This document shows, piece by piece, positions 1 through 7,802 of a DNA stretch of 64,000 nt. This DNA is from Vicinamibacterales bacterium (GTDB lineage Bacteria; Acidobacteriota; Vicinamibacteria; Vicinamibacterales; CAVVIG01): assembly GCA_035315685.1 (NCBI GenBank), contig DATFXR010000233.1, forward strand, positions 4,203 through 68,202. The letters run 5' to 3'. Numbering within the stretch: position 1 is the stretch's first letter; each line of letters opens with the position of its first letter. The translations under genes were made by a program, and so were the position numbers. Below the pieces are notes generated by a model. That model searched no databases. It saw nothing but the letters and a program-made list of their open reading frames with translations, and was not told the DNA's origin.

Positions 1-2
1 CG

Positions 3-533
3 TCGTATCAGCACCCGCGCCGATCGAACGACGACTACGCGGTCGGCCTCGATCGGTTTTCCGCGCTGGCGATTGGAACGGCGCTGGCGGCGGTCGCGGT
101 GGATCCGAGCGTCTGGGCCGAGTTTCACACCGGCGACAACCTGATCTTCACGAGCGAGGACTTCAGGAATCCAGCCGGCTCGAAGGTCCTCGAACGATTG
201 CGATCGCTTGCCGACCCTCAGCTCCAGTCGCTGGTCGAAGGGCTCATCGCTGCCTGCGCGGCGGGGCCGCTCGAGGTCTTGCTGCCGGCACGGCCGATTT
301 CGTTGAAGCCGATAGCACGCCACGGATTCTGGTGGGTACCGGCGGCGGCCGCCGACGCGCCGCCAAGCCCACCGCGTTCAACGCCCACCGAGATCGTGTC
401 CGCGCGCGTCAACTCGGCGTTCCGCGGCATCGGCAGCGTCGTCCGCCGGACGCTCAGCCGCCGGTTCCGCATCCGCCTCACGCTGCGGCGTCCGCGGCGT
501 CTAACCGCGGAGACCGCTGAGATCGCAGAGTAG
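3..533 (+). CDS. C-terminal part of an atypical Ser/Thr-kinase-like protein (5' end outside window)
   Basis: Frame 3 is open from the window edge. The translation SYQHPRRSNDDYAVGLDRFSALAIGTALAAVAVDPSVWAEFHTGDNLIFTSEDFRNPAGSKV resembles, from memory, the C-terminal region of a class of bacterial kinase-like proteins. The last ~60 codons are low-complexity and run into repeat 503-530, so the true stop may be earlier. Confidence 0.4.
   Translation, partial: SYQHPRRSNDDYAVGLDRFSALAIGTALAAVAVDPSVWAEFHTGDNLIFTSEDFRNPAGSKVLERLRSLADPQLQSLVEGLIAACAAGPLEVLLPARPISLKPIARHGFWWVPAAAADAPPSPPRSTPTEIVSARVNSAFRGIGSVVRRTLSRRFRIRLTLRRPRRLTAETAEIAE
503..530 (+). repeat. Heptamer-arm repeat family A, copy 1 (AAC CGCGGAG AC CGCTGAG AT CGCAGAG)
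   Basis: Read directly. Near-identical copies at 571-598 (+), 809-838 (-) and 17498-17526 (-). Confidence 0.85.
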
Positions 534-570
534 CGCCCGACGCACGATGCCCTGGGCCGTCGAGCCGGTT

Positions 571-598
571 AACCGCAGAGACCGCTGAGCTCGCAGAG
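571..598 (+). repeat. Heptamer-arm repeat family A, copy 2 (AACCGCAGAGACCGCTGAGCTCGCAGAG)
   Basis: Differs from copy 1 at 2 of 28 positions. Confidence 0.85.
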
Positions 599-636
599 GC
601 GAGCGCGCGACACCGCCGGCGGAGCCGGCCGCTCGA

Positions 637-711
637 TGCAACGTGAAGAGCCTCGTAAACGCAAACCTGGAGTTCGGATCGTTTGCGTTTACGGGGGCTC
701 TTCGCGTTGCA
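637..711. repeat. Long imperfect hairpin (30-nt arms, 14-nt loop)
   Basis: TGCAACGTGAAGAGCCTCGTAAACGCAAAC (637-666) pairs with GTTTGCGTTTACGGGGGCTCTTCGCGTTGCA (681-711), with one mismatch and one bulge. Confidence 0.8.
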
Positions 712-808
712 TAGGCCCGCTTCGCGGGCCGTCGCGCGCACAGCTCTCTCATGCGCCGCATTTCTCCGGGCCACCGTGAATTTTCGTGATCTTCGTGGTT
801 TGGTTTGC

Positions 809-838
809 ATCTGCGATCTCTGCGCCCTCCGCGGTTAA
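809..838 (-). repeat. Heptamer-arm repeat family A, copy 3 (inverted)
   Basis: ATCTGCGATCTCTGCGCCCTCCGCGGTTAAC is the reverse complement of an AACCGCGGAG..CGCAGAGATCGCAGA unit. It is an inverted partner of copies 1 and 2. Confidence 0.8.
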
Positions 839-869
839 CGGTGGGGCTGCGCTAGAATGAGCAGCAGCT

Positions 870-1070
870 TTGCGGATCACCTTGAACGGCGAGCCGCACG
901 ATCTCGCCGGTCCCCTTACCGTGAGCGAACTCCTGGCGCACCTGGAGATCGACGCGCGCCGTGTTGCCGTCGAGCACAACCTGACGGTGCTCAAACGCGA
1001 TCACTTCGATCGCACGACGGTGAGCGAGGGAGACGAGATCGAGATCGTGAACTTCGTCGGCGGAGGCTGA
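870..1070 (+). CDS. thiS: Sulfur carrier protein ThiS
   Basis: 66 aa, TTG start. MRITLNGEPHDL...EIEIVNFVGGG has the characteristic C-terminal GG and sits directly upstream of thiG. Confidence 0.85.
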   Translation: MRITLNGEPHDLAGPLTVSELLAHLEIDARRVAVEHNLTVLKRDHFDRTTVSEGDEIEIVNFVGGG

Positions 1071-1077
1071 GCGCTGG

Positions 1078-1115
1078 CAATTGAGAATTAAGAATTAAGA
1101 ATTAAGAATTCGTGG
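1078..1115. repeat. AT-rich CAATT-AAGAATT repeat family, copy 1 (single arm)
   Basis: CAATTGAGAATTAAGAATTAAGAATTAAGAATTCGTGG lies between thiS and thiG. It consists of four tandem AAGAATT heptamers ending in GAATTCGTG, and is very AT-rich in a GC-rich genome. Confidence 0.85.
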
Positions 1116-1179
1116 AGAGCAATCGTAGAGAAAAAACTCCGCGGTCTGTGCGGTCGCTTTCCTTCTCGCAACACAGGAC

Positions 1180-1962
1180 TTGGCCATGGAAGACCTTCTC
1201 AAGATTGCGGATCGAACGTTTTCGTCTCGGTTGATCGTCGGCACCGGCAAGTACTCGTCGCACGCGGTGATGGTGCGCGCGCACGAGGCATCGGGCGCGG
1301 AGATGGTTACGGTCGCGGTGCGCCGCGTGAACATCTCCGACCGCACGAAAGAGTCGCTGCTCGACTACATCGACACGTCGAAGTTCGTCCTGCTGCCCAA
1401 CACCGCCGGCTGCTACACCGCGGACGAAGCGGTTCGCACCGCGCGGCTCGGCCGCGAGGCCGGGCTGTCGCACTGGGTCAAGCTCGAGGTGATCGGCGAC
1501 GAGCGGACGCTGTTCCCCGACAACGAGCAGCTGATCGAGGCGACCCGGGTGCTCGTGCGCGACGGGTTCGTCGTGCTGCCGTACACGACCGACGATCCGG
1601 TCGTCTGCCGGAAGCTCGAGGACGCCGGCGCCGCTGCGATCATGCCGCTCGGCGCGCCGATCGGATCAGGGCTGGGGATCCAGAACGTCAACAACCTGCG
1701 CATCATCCGTGAATTCGCGCGCGTGCCGCTGGTCGTCGACGCCGGGGTCGGCACGGCGTCCGACGCGGCGCTGGCGATGGAACTCGGCGCCGACGCGGTG
1801 CTGATGAATACCGCGATCGCCGGCGCTCAGGATCCGGTCGCCATGGCCGAGGCGATGAAGCTCGCGGTCCGCGCCGGCCGGCTCGCGTACGTGTCGGGCC
1901 GGATTCCGCGCAAGCTCTACGCGAACGCCAGCAGCCCGGTCGAAGGCCTGGTCGGCCGGTAG
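1180..1962 (+). CDS. thiG: Thiazole synthase ThiG
   Basis: 260 aa. [19 protein letters not shown]...[36 protein letters not shown]...[13 protein letters not shown] is the typical ThiG pattern. Confidence 0.9.
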   Translation: MAMEDLLKIADRTFSSRLIVGTGKYSSHAVMVRAHEASGAEMVTVAVRRVNISDRTKESLLDYIDTSKFVLLPNTAGCYTADEAVRTARLGREAGLSHWVKLEVIGDERTLFPDNEQLIEATRVLVRDGFVVLPYTTDDPVVCRKLEDAGAAAIMPLGAPIGSGLGIQNVNNLRIIREFARVPLVVDAGVGTASDAALAMELGADAVLMNTAIAGAQDPVAMAEAMKLAVRAGRLAYVSGRIPRKLYANASSPVEGLVGR

Positions 1963-1965
1963 ACG

Positions 1966-2610
1966 ATGCCGAGCCCGGACGATCTTGCGGCGCTCAAGGC
2001 CGAACGCGACGCAGCCGATCGGGACTACAACGAGGCGCTGACCCGCCTCGACCGGGCGATTCAGCAGCTGCCGCGCGATTTTCCGCAGCCGCCGCCGGGC
2101 GCAGACGAGCACCAGATCACGCCGCTCAACACCCTGTGGCAGATCGCGTCGCCGCCGGCCAGCGGGTTTCGTCGCGGGTTCATCGAGGGGGTGCGACGTG
2201 CCGTCGCGCCGCTGTTCGAACAGCAGCAGGCGTTCAACGCGGCCGTCGTCGATCATCTCAACCGCAATGTGCCGGTCGCGCGCGACACCCGCGAATCGAT
2301 CGCGTCAACGCTCATGGTGCTGCACGACACGATCGCCGAGCTCGTCCGCTTTCAGAGCCTGCTCGTCATGTTCCTCCAGCAGCTCACGCCGTACGTGGAC
2401 ACCCGTGACCGTGACGTCGCCGGGTTGCTGCGCGGACTCTCCGGCGCAATCAACGCCGTTGCCGACGAGGCGATGAAACGATCGGAAGCGCTGATCGCGC
2501 GCGAGCGGCGGCACGACCTGCGCGTCGGCGATCTCGAAGCGCGCGTCGCGGCGCTTCAGCAGCAGGTCGACGAGCTCCAGCAGGCGCTGGAGAAGGCGCG
2601 AGGGCGCTGA
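1966..2610 (+). CDS. Hypothetical coiled-coil protein
   Basis: 214 aa ORF starting 4 nt after thiG. Heptad-like N and C termini (LAALKAERDAADRDYNEAL; LEARVAALQQQVDELQQALEKA). No family recognised. Confidence 0.55.
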   Translation: MPSPDDLAALKAERDAADRDYNEALTRLDRAIQQLPRDFPQPPPGADEHQITPLNTLWQIASPPASGFRRGFIEGVRRAVAPLFEQQQAFNAAVVDHLNRNVPVARDTRESIASTLMVLHDTIAELVRFQSLLVMFLQQLTPYVDTRDRDVAGLLRGLSGAINAVADEAMKRSEALIARERRHDLRVGDLEARVAALQQQVDELQQALEKARGR

Positions 2611-3316
2611 TCGGGCATCTCGTCGCTGGCGTCATCGTCATGGCTTCGGTCGCGTGCTACGCACGTGGCCATGTCATCCGGCCGATCCAGATCTTCACGC
2701 TCCTCGCGGTCGCCGGAACCGTCGCGGCCGTCGCCGCGCTCGCGGGCGGCGCCGTGCCCCGGGCCTTTCTCGGGATGAGCGCAGCCCTCGCGCTCGCCGC
2801 TTCCGTCAACCGCCGGCTGACGCGCCGCCCCCGTCGTCCACTGGTCCGGCGTGCGGCGTGGATCGCCGCGGCCGCCGTCATGTTCGCGGCGTTGCCCACC
2901 GACGTTCCACGCGAGGGCGGTGTGTTCGCTGAGACCTACACGACAATCGACATTGCGACGGCGCTGATCGGGCATCTCGTCGCTGGCGTCATCGTCATGG
3001 CCGCGGTCGCGTGGTACGCACGTGGCCACGTTCTCCGGCCGATCCGGATCTTCACGCTCCTCGCGGTCGCCGGAACCGTCGCCGCGGTCGCCGCGCTCGC
3101 GGGTAGCACGGTGCCGCGGGCCGTCCTCGGGATGAGCGCGGCCCTCGCGCTCGCCGCGTCCGTCAACCGCCGGCTGACGCGCCGCCCTCGTCGTCCACTG
3201 GTCCGGCGTGCGGCGTGGATCGCCGCGGCCGCGGTCATGTTCGCGGCGTTGCCCGGCGACGTTCCGCGCGACGGCGGTGTGTTCGCTGAGACCTACACGA
3301 CGATCGACATTGCGAC
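2603..3316 (+). repeat. Tandem direct duplication, 2 x 357 bp (2603-2959 and 2960-3316)
   Basis: Both units start GGCGCTGATCGGGCATCTCGTCGCTGGCGTCATCGTCATGGC and end CGACATTGCGAC. I estimate ~90% identity by eye. The period of 357 is 119 codons, so the duplication is in frame. Confidence 0.9.
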
Positions 3317-3545
3317 TGCGGTGGTCGCGTTCGGCCTCGTCGGCATTGTCATGATCAGAATCGTCCGCGGCATCCTCGCCGATCGCGACGATCGTCTGCT
3401 CGTCGGCGCGCTCGGAGGCCTCGGCGTCTACGTCGCGATGTGGGCCGACGCGCTGCCGATCCATTCGGCCGTGTGGAACTACGCGTTCTGGATCCTGCTC
3501 GGCGCCGCGGAGGCGCGGGCCTACGGCAATATCAGACGTCCGTGA
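2640..3545 (+). CDS. Polytopic membrane protein with an internal 119-aa tandem repeat
   Basis: 301 aa, hydrophobic segments. Residues ~1-107 and ~120-226 are near-identical (…YARGHV.RPI.IFTLLAVAGTVAAVAALAG…VNRRLTRRPRRPLVRRAAWIAAAAVMFAALP…). Confidence 0.6.
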   Translation: MASVACYARGHVIRPIQIFTLLAVAGTVAAVAALAGGAVPRAFLGMSAALALAASVNRRLTRRPRRPLVRRAAWIAAAAVMFAALPTDVPREGGVFAETYTTIDIATALIGHLVAGVIVMAAVAWYARGHVLRPIRIFTLLAVAGTVAAVAALAGSTVPRAVLGMSAALALAASVNRRLTRRPRRPLVRRAAWIAAAAVMFAALPGDVPRDGGVFAETYTTIDIATAVVAFGLVGIVMIRIVRGILADRDDRLLVGALGGLGVYVAMWADALPIHSAVWNYAFWILLGAAEARAYGNIRRP

Positions 3546-3640
3546 TCACGGACCCCGGACCGCCGGGCGTCCGCTTGCGATCACCTGGAGTGCGCTCTCC
3601 GCTTGTCGTTGTACCTGGCGGGTCGCCGCGTCAGGACAGC

Positions 3641-3722
3641 GCACGAAGGCACGAAGGCGACGAAGATCGCGAAGAAGAAAACATGTACTTCAGTCTGCTT
3701 CGTGTCTTCGTGACTTCGTGGG
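3641..3722. repeat. CACGAAG-family hairpin between convergent genes
   Basis: Left arm CACGAAG G CACGAAG GC GACGAAG and right arm CTTCGTG T CTTCGTG A CTTCGTG, with a loop of roughly 20-36 nt depending on how far the left arm is extended. No U-tract follows. Confidence 0.8.
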
Positions 3723-3779
3723 CCCGGGGGCGTTCGGACGGCTCAGGCAACCACGATCGCGGGGACGCTCGCGAACGGC

Positions 3780-5711
3780 TCACGCAACCGTGATCGCAAA
3801 TCGGGCGACGAGCGGCTGCTCGAGCGGTGTCGCGCGGCGCGTCTCATCCACTTCTGCGGCCGAGAAGCTGACGCGGCAGAAGTACGTGTCGCGGATCGGC
3901 TGATACGTGACCATCGCGACGAGCGCGGCCGACGTCTTGTCCACGTCGACGGCCAGCGCGCGGCGGCTGTCGCCAAGCTCGATCCGTCCCTCGGTCACGC
4001 CGACCGCGTGGCTTGCCGACACCAGGAACGACACCGCATCGCCGTGCGCGACGCGCGTGCCGTCGAGCGGGAACGTCTCGGGCCGGACGCCGCCATTGTG
4101 CGTCCGATAGAAGAGCGACGCGCGATCGAAGGCGCCGGGCTGCAGCGTGATGTCGCCGAAGCGCAGCGATCCGATTGGAATCTCCTTCCAGTCGAACCGG
4201 TAGGTGAGCTCGACGGCGGACGCGTTCACACAGATCGTCTTCGTCATCGGTCCGAGATCGGTCGCCTGCGTGGCCTCCACGACGAGGGATCCGTCGTCGC
4301 CCTGACGAATCGCCGGCTCGACGCGGTTCAGGTCGGTGAGCTTCGGGTGACCAGGCGACTCGAAGACGACCATCGCGCTGTAGAAATCGGCCCCCCAGTG
4401 GATGTCGTCGTAGAACCCGTGCGTGAGCGTGCCGCAAAGGAGATCGCCACCGACGGCTGCGAACGCGAGCGCATGAATCGCCAGTCCGCGGCGCGCGTTC
4501 AGCACCAGCGTCACGCCCCTGGTCTTCAGGCTGATGAGAGATCCCTCACGCTGAACGCTCGGCTGAAGCCTTCGTGCGAACGCTTTAGCGGAGGGTTCGG
4601 CGGGTGGCGGCGCGATTCGCGAAAGATGCTCGCGATACGGCGACCACCGCGCCTCGGTGATGTGCGTGCGATAGTCGCTGGACCACAGCTCGCACAACTC
4701 GCGCCAGTCTTCATCTCCGCTGCCCGGATCGGCAGCGAGCTGCGCGTACCGGCGCCAGCACGCCGTGTTGATGCCGACGTCATCGCGTCCGGTCACCGCC
4801 CAGCGCGTGATGTTGTACTTGCGCTGCTTCTTGACCGGCGTCGGATCCTCCGCCGACTCGAGTTGCAAGCGACGCGACGCGGCGGCCGCGCCGGCGAGCG
4901 CCAGGACGTCGGACGGCCGAACCAGCCGGAACCGATCGTCGCCTGCGAGCGCCGCGTAGAGCTGCTCGATGCGTCCCCACTCGCTGTCACCCTCCAGCAC
5001 GGCTTCGGTGCGGTACCGGCCCGGCCGGAAGTCGAAGATCTCCGCGTCGTTCCCGTACATCGCGAGCGCACGCGGTGCCGCCGACCCGTGCCGCGCCAGA
5101 TACGCGATGTACTCCTCGAGAGACGACTCGCCGTGCGCGTACCGCTGAAACTGCTGGAACGCGATCGCCGTGTTCCAGATCAGAGGGATCGATTCACCGT
5201 GCTGGCCGCCGGCTATCTGCGGCAGATACCGCTGCTCGGCGTTCCACTCCGGATGCGCGCGAGCCGGGTTGTCCCACTCCATCACGATCGCGCGGTAGCC
5301 GGCGTCCACGTAATGTTGAATCAATCCTGCCGCGTAGGCCTGTTCGTTGACGAACGCCATGCGCGGCCGGAACCCGAGCAGGCGCTCGTACGTCCGGTGA
5401 CCGATGCGCAGATTGGCGGCGTTCACGGCCGCCGGCACCAGCGGACCGATCAGCTGCGCGTAGCCGCTGCCGACGAACTCACACCGGCCCTTGTCGACCA
5501 GCGCACGCAGCGCCGCCAGCCACGTCGGATCGGCGGCTGCCGCACGTTCGAGCGTGAATCCCGTCGCCTCGATCCCAATCGGCGCGCCGGTGCGTTCCGC
5601 CACCCGCAGCAGCGGCCAGTAGCAACGGCGCACCACCTCAGGCCGCTGCGCTTCTTCAATCGACGAATATGCCAGGTTGAGATGAAAGATCGAGAAGAGC
5701 TGCAGCATCAC
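3780..5711 (-). CDS. Glycoside hydrolase family 57-like protein
   Basis: 643 aa. The N-terminus FHLNLAYSSIEEAQRPEVVRRCYWPLL...FVGSGYAQLIGPL is as I recall for GH57-type alpha-glucan enzymes. The C-terminal half is unassigned. Confidence 0.55.
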   Translation of the reverse strand: MMLQLFSIFHLNLAYSSIEEAQRPEVVRRCYWPLLRVAERTGAPIGIEATGFTLERAAAADPTWLAALRALVDKGRCEFVGSGYAQLIGPLVPAAVNAANLRIGHRTYERLLGFRPRMAFVNEQAYAAGLIQHYVDAGYRAIVMEWDNPARAHPEWNAEQRYLPQIAGGQHGESIPLIWNTAIAFQQFQRYAHGESSLEEYIAYLARHGSAAPRALAMYGNDAEIFDFRPGRYRTEAVLEGDSEWGRIEQLYAALAGDDRFRLVRPSDVLALAGAAAASRRLQLESAEDPTPVKKQRKYNITRWAVTGRDDVGINTACWRRYAQLAADPGSGDEDWRELCELWSSDYRTHITEARWSPYREHLSRIAPPPAEPSAKAFARRLQPSVQREGSLISLKTRGVTLVLNARRGLAIHALAFAAVGGDLLCGTLTHGFYDDIHWGADFYSAMVVFESPGHPKLTDLNRVEPAIRQGDDGSLVVEATQATDLGPMTKTICVNASAVELTYRFDWKEIPIGSLRFGDITLQPGAFDRASLFYRTHNGGVRPETFPLDGTRVAHGDAVSFLVSASHAVGVTEGRIELGDSRRALAVDVDKTSAALVAMVTYQPIRDTYFCRVSFSAAEVDETRRATPLEQPLVARFAITVA

Positions 5712-6937
5712 GCGGTCCGGATCGCAATCGCGTCGACGACGCGGCAGGCCCGGGCCACGGCCTCATCACGCGTCGCGCCGGTGGTGATCACGAACCCGGC
5801 GCGCTTGGTGTGATCGGTGACGGGATATACGGTTTCGTCGCGCTGCACGAACAACCCGAGCCGATGCACCCACGGCATCCCGGCGAACTCGTCGGCGCCG
5901 TCGATCGCCGTGACTCGACCCGGCCGCGGAAAGAAGTAGCGAATCGCGACGCCGCGGTGCCATCGCGGGCGCAGCTCCTCCGCCGCCACTGGTTCGCCGA
6001 GCGCCAGGCGAATCGCGCAACCGATCAGATCGACGCCGGTCCCGAGCGGGACCTGATCGGTCGACATCCACCCACCCGACAGCCGCGCCGCGATCTCGAT
6101 CACGTATGGACCGCGATCGGTCCACACCATGTCACCCTTTACGCTGCCGCTCGTGATGCCCATCGCGCGTCCCGCGTCCATCGCCGTTGCGGCGATGCGG
6201 CGCTGCGCCGGCGGGGCGATCGCCGATGGCTGCTCGCCCCCGTTCTCGACGATGTACGGCGCAAACCTGTCGAGGTACTCATAATTGCGATCGATGAACC
6301 CGCACGTCGTCCCCTCGCCGGATACGAGCAGGCCCTCGGTGCTGATCTGCGGCCCGGTCAGGTACTCCTCGACCATCACGTCGCCGCGCCGCGACTGGCT
6401 CGTCGCGTGCGAGAAGGCCCAGGCGAGATCGGTCGTTTCGGTGAGCCGCAGGACGCCGCGGGCGCCGCGTCCATCGATCGGCTTGAGCACGAGCGGAAAG
6501 CCGCGCTCGCGCACGACGTCCGTCAATTCGCCGAGCGACTCGATCGCCTGAAACCACGGGACCGGAATGTTCGCGCGCCGGAAGGCTTCTTTCATCGCGA
6601 GCTTGTCGGCCGCGAGCCGCGCGCTCTCAATCGGAATGCCCGGAAGGTTCAGCGCCGCTGCGACACCCGCGACGGTCATCGGCACGTCCGCCGCCATGCA
6701 CATCACGCCGTCGATCGGACGCTTCGTCCGATGAAACTTCGTCGCGGCGGCGACCGTTCCATCGACGTCGTAGGTATTCGCCACGACTGCAGCGTCGGCG
6801 ACCGCGAATCCAGGCGCGTTCGGGTTCATGTCGCTGACGACGACGTGCAACCCCAGCGCGCGCGCCCGCTGGATGCCGGGGACAGCTTCAGCGCCACCAC
6901 TCACGACCCAGAGGGTTCTGTCGCGTGTCACTGTCAT
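5708..6937 (-). CDS. ATP-grasp domain carboxylate-amine ligase
   Basis: 409 aa. The pre-ATP-grasp Rossmann-like N-terminus is followed by DKLAMKEAFRRANIPVPW...FPLVLKPIDGRGARGV...VMVEEYLTGPQISTEG. ATGA overlap with the GH57-like gene at 5708-5711. Confidence 0.7.
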   Translation of the reverse strand: MTVTRDRTLWVVSGGAEAVPGIQRARALGLHVVVSDMNPNAPGFAVADAAVVANTYDVDGTVAAATKFHRTKRPIDGVMCMAADVPMTVAGVAAALNLPGIPIESARLAADKLAMKEAFRRANIPVPWFQAIESLGELTDVVRERGFPLVLKPIDGRGARGVLRLTETTDLAWAFSHATSQSRRGDVMVEEYLTGPQISTEGLLVSGEGTTCGFIDRNYEYLDRFAPYIVENGGEQPSAIAPPAQRRIAATAMDAGRAMGITSGSVKGDMVWTDRGPYVIEIAARLSGGWMSTDQVPLGTGVDLIGCAIRLALGEPVAAEELRPRWHRGVAIRYFFPRPGRVTAIDGADEFAGMPWVHRLGLFVQRDETVYPVTDHTKRAGFVITTGATRDEAVARACRVVDAIAIRTA

Positions 6938-7038
6938 GGCTGAGGGCTGATGGCTAATGGCAATGGCAGATGGTCAATGGCTAACAGCTGTTCCGTAAGC
7001 CACGATCCAGATGCCATCAGCCATGAGCCATCCGCCAT
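6936..7038. repeat. ATGGC-family imperfect palindrome
   Basis: Left arm GCTGATGGCTAATGGCAATGGCAGATGGTCAATGGCTAAC and right arm TAAGCCACGATCCAGATGCCATCAGCCATGAGCCATCCGCCAT. It fills the gap between the SDR stop and the ATP-grasp start, and overlaps the ATG at 6935-6937. Confidence 0.8.
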
Positions 7039-7052
7039 GACGCCGGTCGCCG

Positions 7053-7802
7053 TCAGGCGCCGACGAAATACATCCCGCCGTTGACGTTCAGCGTCTGACC
7101 GGTGATGTAAGACGCCTCGTCGCTGACGAGGAACGCGACGACCGATGCGACTTCGTCGGGCCGGGCGATGCGCCCGGCGGGAATGTTGCGGACCTTCTCG
7201 CGGCCGGCCGGCGTGTTGAGCTCGTTCGCGATCATCTCGGTCGCAACCAGCCCACCGGCGATGGTGTTGGCCGTGATGCCCTGTCCGCTGTACAGCTTGG
7301 CGAGCGAACGGGTGAGGTTGTTGAGCCCGGCCTTCGCGCAGGCGTAATGCACCTGCAGCACCCCGCCCCACTGCCCGCCGATCGACGAGATGTTGACGAT
7401 CCGGCCCCACTGCTGCTGCAGCATGTCGGGCAGCACTTCCTGCGCGCAGCTGAACGGGCCGCGGAGATTGACCGCGAACATGCGGTCCCAGTCGGCGTCG
7501 GTGATCTCCGGAAACGGCTTCTCCTGAGCGATCGCCGCGTTGTTGACCAGGACGCCAATCGGGCCCAGCGTACGGCGTACCTCGGCAGCGGCCGCGCGAA
7601 TGGTCGCGCGATCCTCGGCGATGAGGCGTACGGTGATCGCCTCGCCGCCGGCACTCCGAATCGCGTCGACCGCGACCCGTGCATCCCGCTCGCGCGTCGC
7701 GTAGGTCAGTGCGACGGCATGTCCGCGGGCGGCGAGCGTCGTGGCGATCGCGCGGCCGATGCCGCGGCTGCCGCCGGTGACCAGCGCCGTCCGTCGCGTC
7801 AC
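7053..7802 (-). CDS. Short-chain dehydrogenase/reductase (FabG-like)
   Basis: 249 aa. TALVTGGSRGIGRAIA (TGxxxGxG), NNAAI, and Y..AKAG (the YxxxK active-site motif). GTGA overlap with the upstream gene. Confidence 0.85.
   Translation of the reverse strand: MTRRTALVTGGSRGIGRAIATTLAARGHAVALTYATRERDARVAVDAIRSAGGEAITVRLIAEDRATIRAAAAEVRRTLGPIGVLVNNAAIAQEKPFPEITDADWDRMFAVNLRGPFSCAQEVLPDMLQQQWGRIVNISSIGGQWGGVLQVHYACAKAGLNNLTRSLAKLYSGQGITANTIAGGLVATEMIANELNTPAGREKVRNIPAGRIARPDEVASVVAFLVSDEASYITGQTLNVNGGMYFVGA

Noticed and set aside
714-730. Perfect hairpin GGCCCGC-TTC-GCGGGCC as an intrinsic terminator of the kinase-like gene.
   Set aside because: The stem is only 7 bp, no T-tract follows, and it lies ~180 nt past the stop amid other repeats. 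It is kept only as part of the nested-palindrome observation.
740-869. TPP (THI-box) riboswitch upstream of thiS.
   Set aside because: I could not find the conserved CUGAGA...ACCUGAUCUGGAUAAUGCCAGCG-type core. The region is instead occupied by family-A and CACGAAG repeat fragments. An Rfam scan would be decisive.
2556-3464. 302-aa minus-strand ORF with a striking internal repeat.
   Set aside because: Its repeat is simply the antisense image of the 357-bp tandem duplication. Its composition (Arg/Asp/Gly/Glu-rich) is not protein-like, whereas the plus-strand frame gives coherent TM helices.
4008-5813. Long antisense or alternative-frame ORFs. Examples: 4008-5813 (+), 9529-11418 (+), 14357-16021 (-), 37923-39686 (-), 40864-42531 (+), 43416-44741 (+), 44734-46563 (+), 48178-49635 (-), 49807-50982 (+), 57051-58205 (+), 58094-59752 (-).
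   Set aside because: All have extreme Arg/Ala/Pro/Gly/Asp composition, no recognisable motifs, and lie opposite or out of frame to ORFs with clear family signatures. This is expected from stop-codon depletion in GC-rich DNA.
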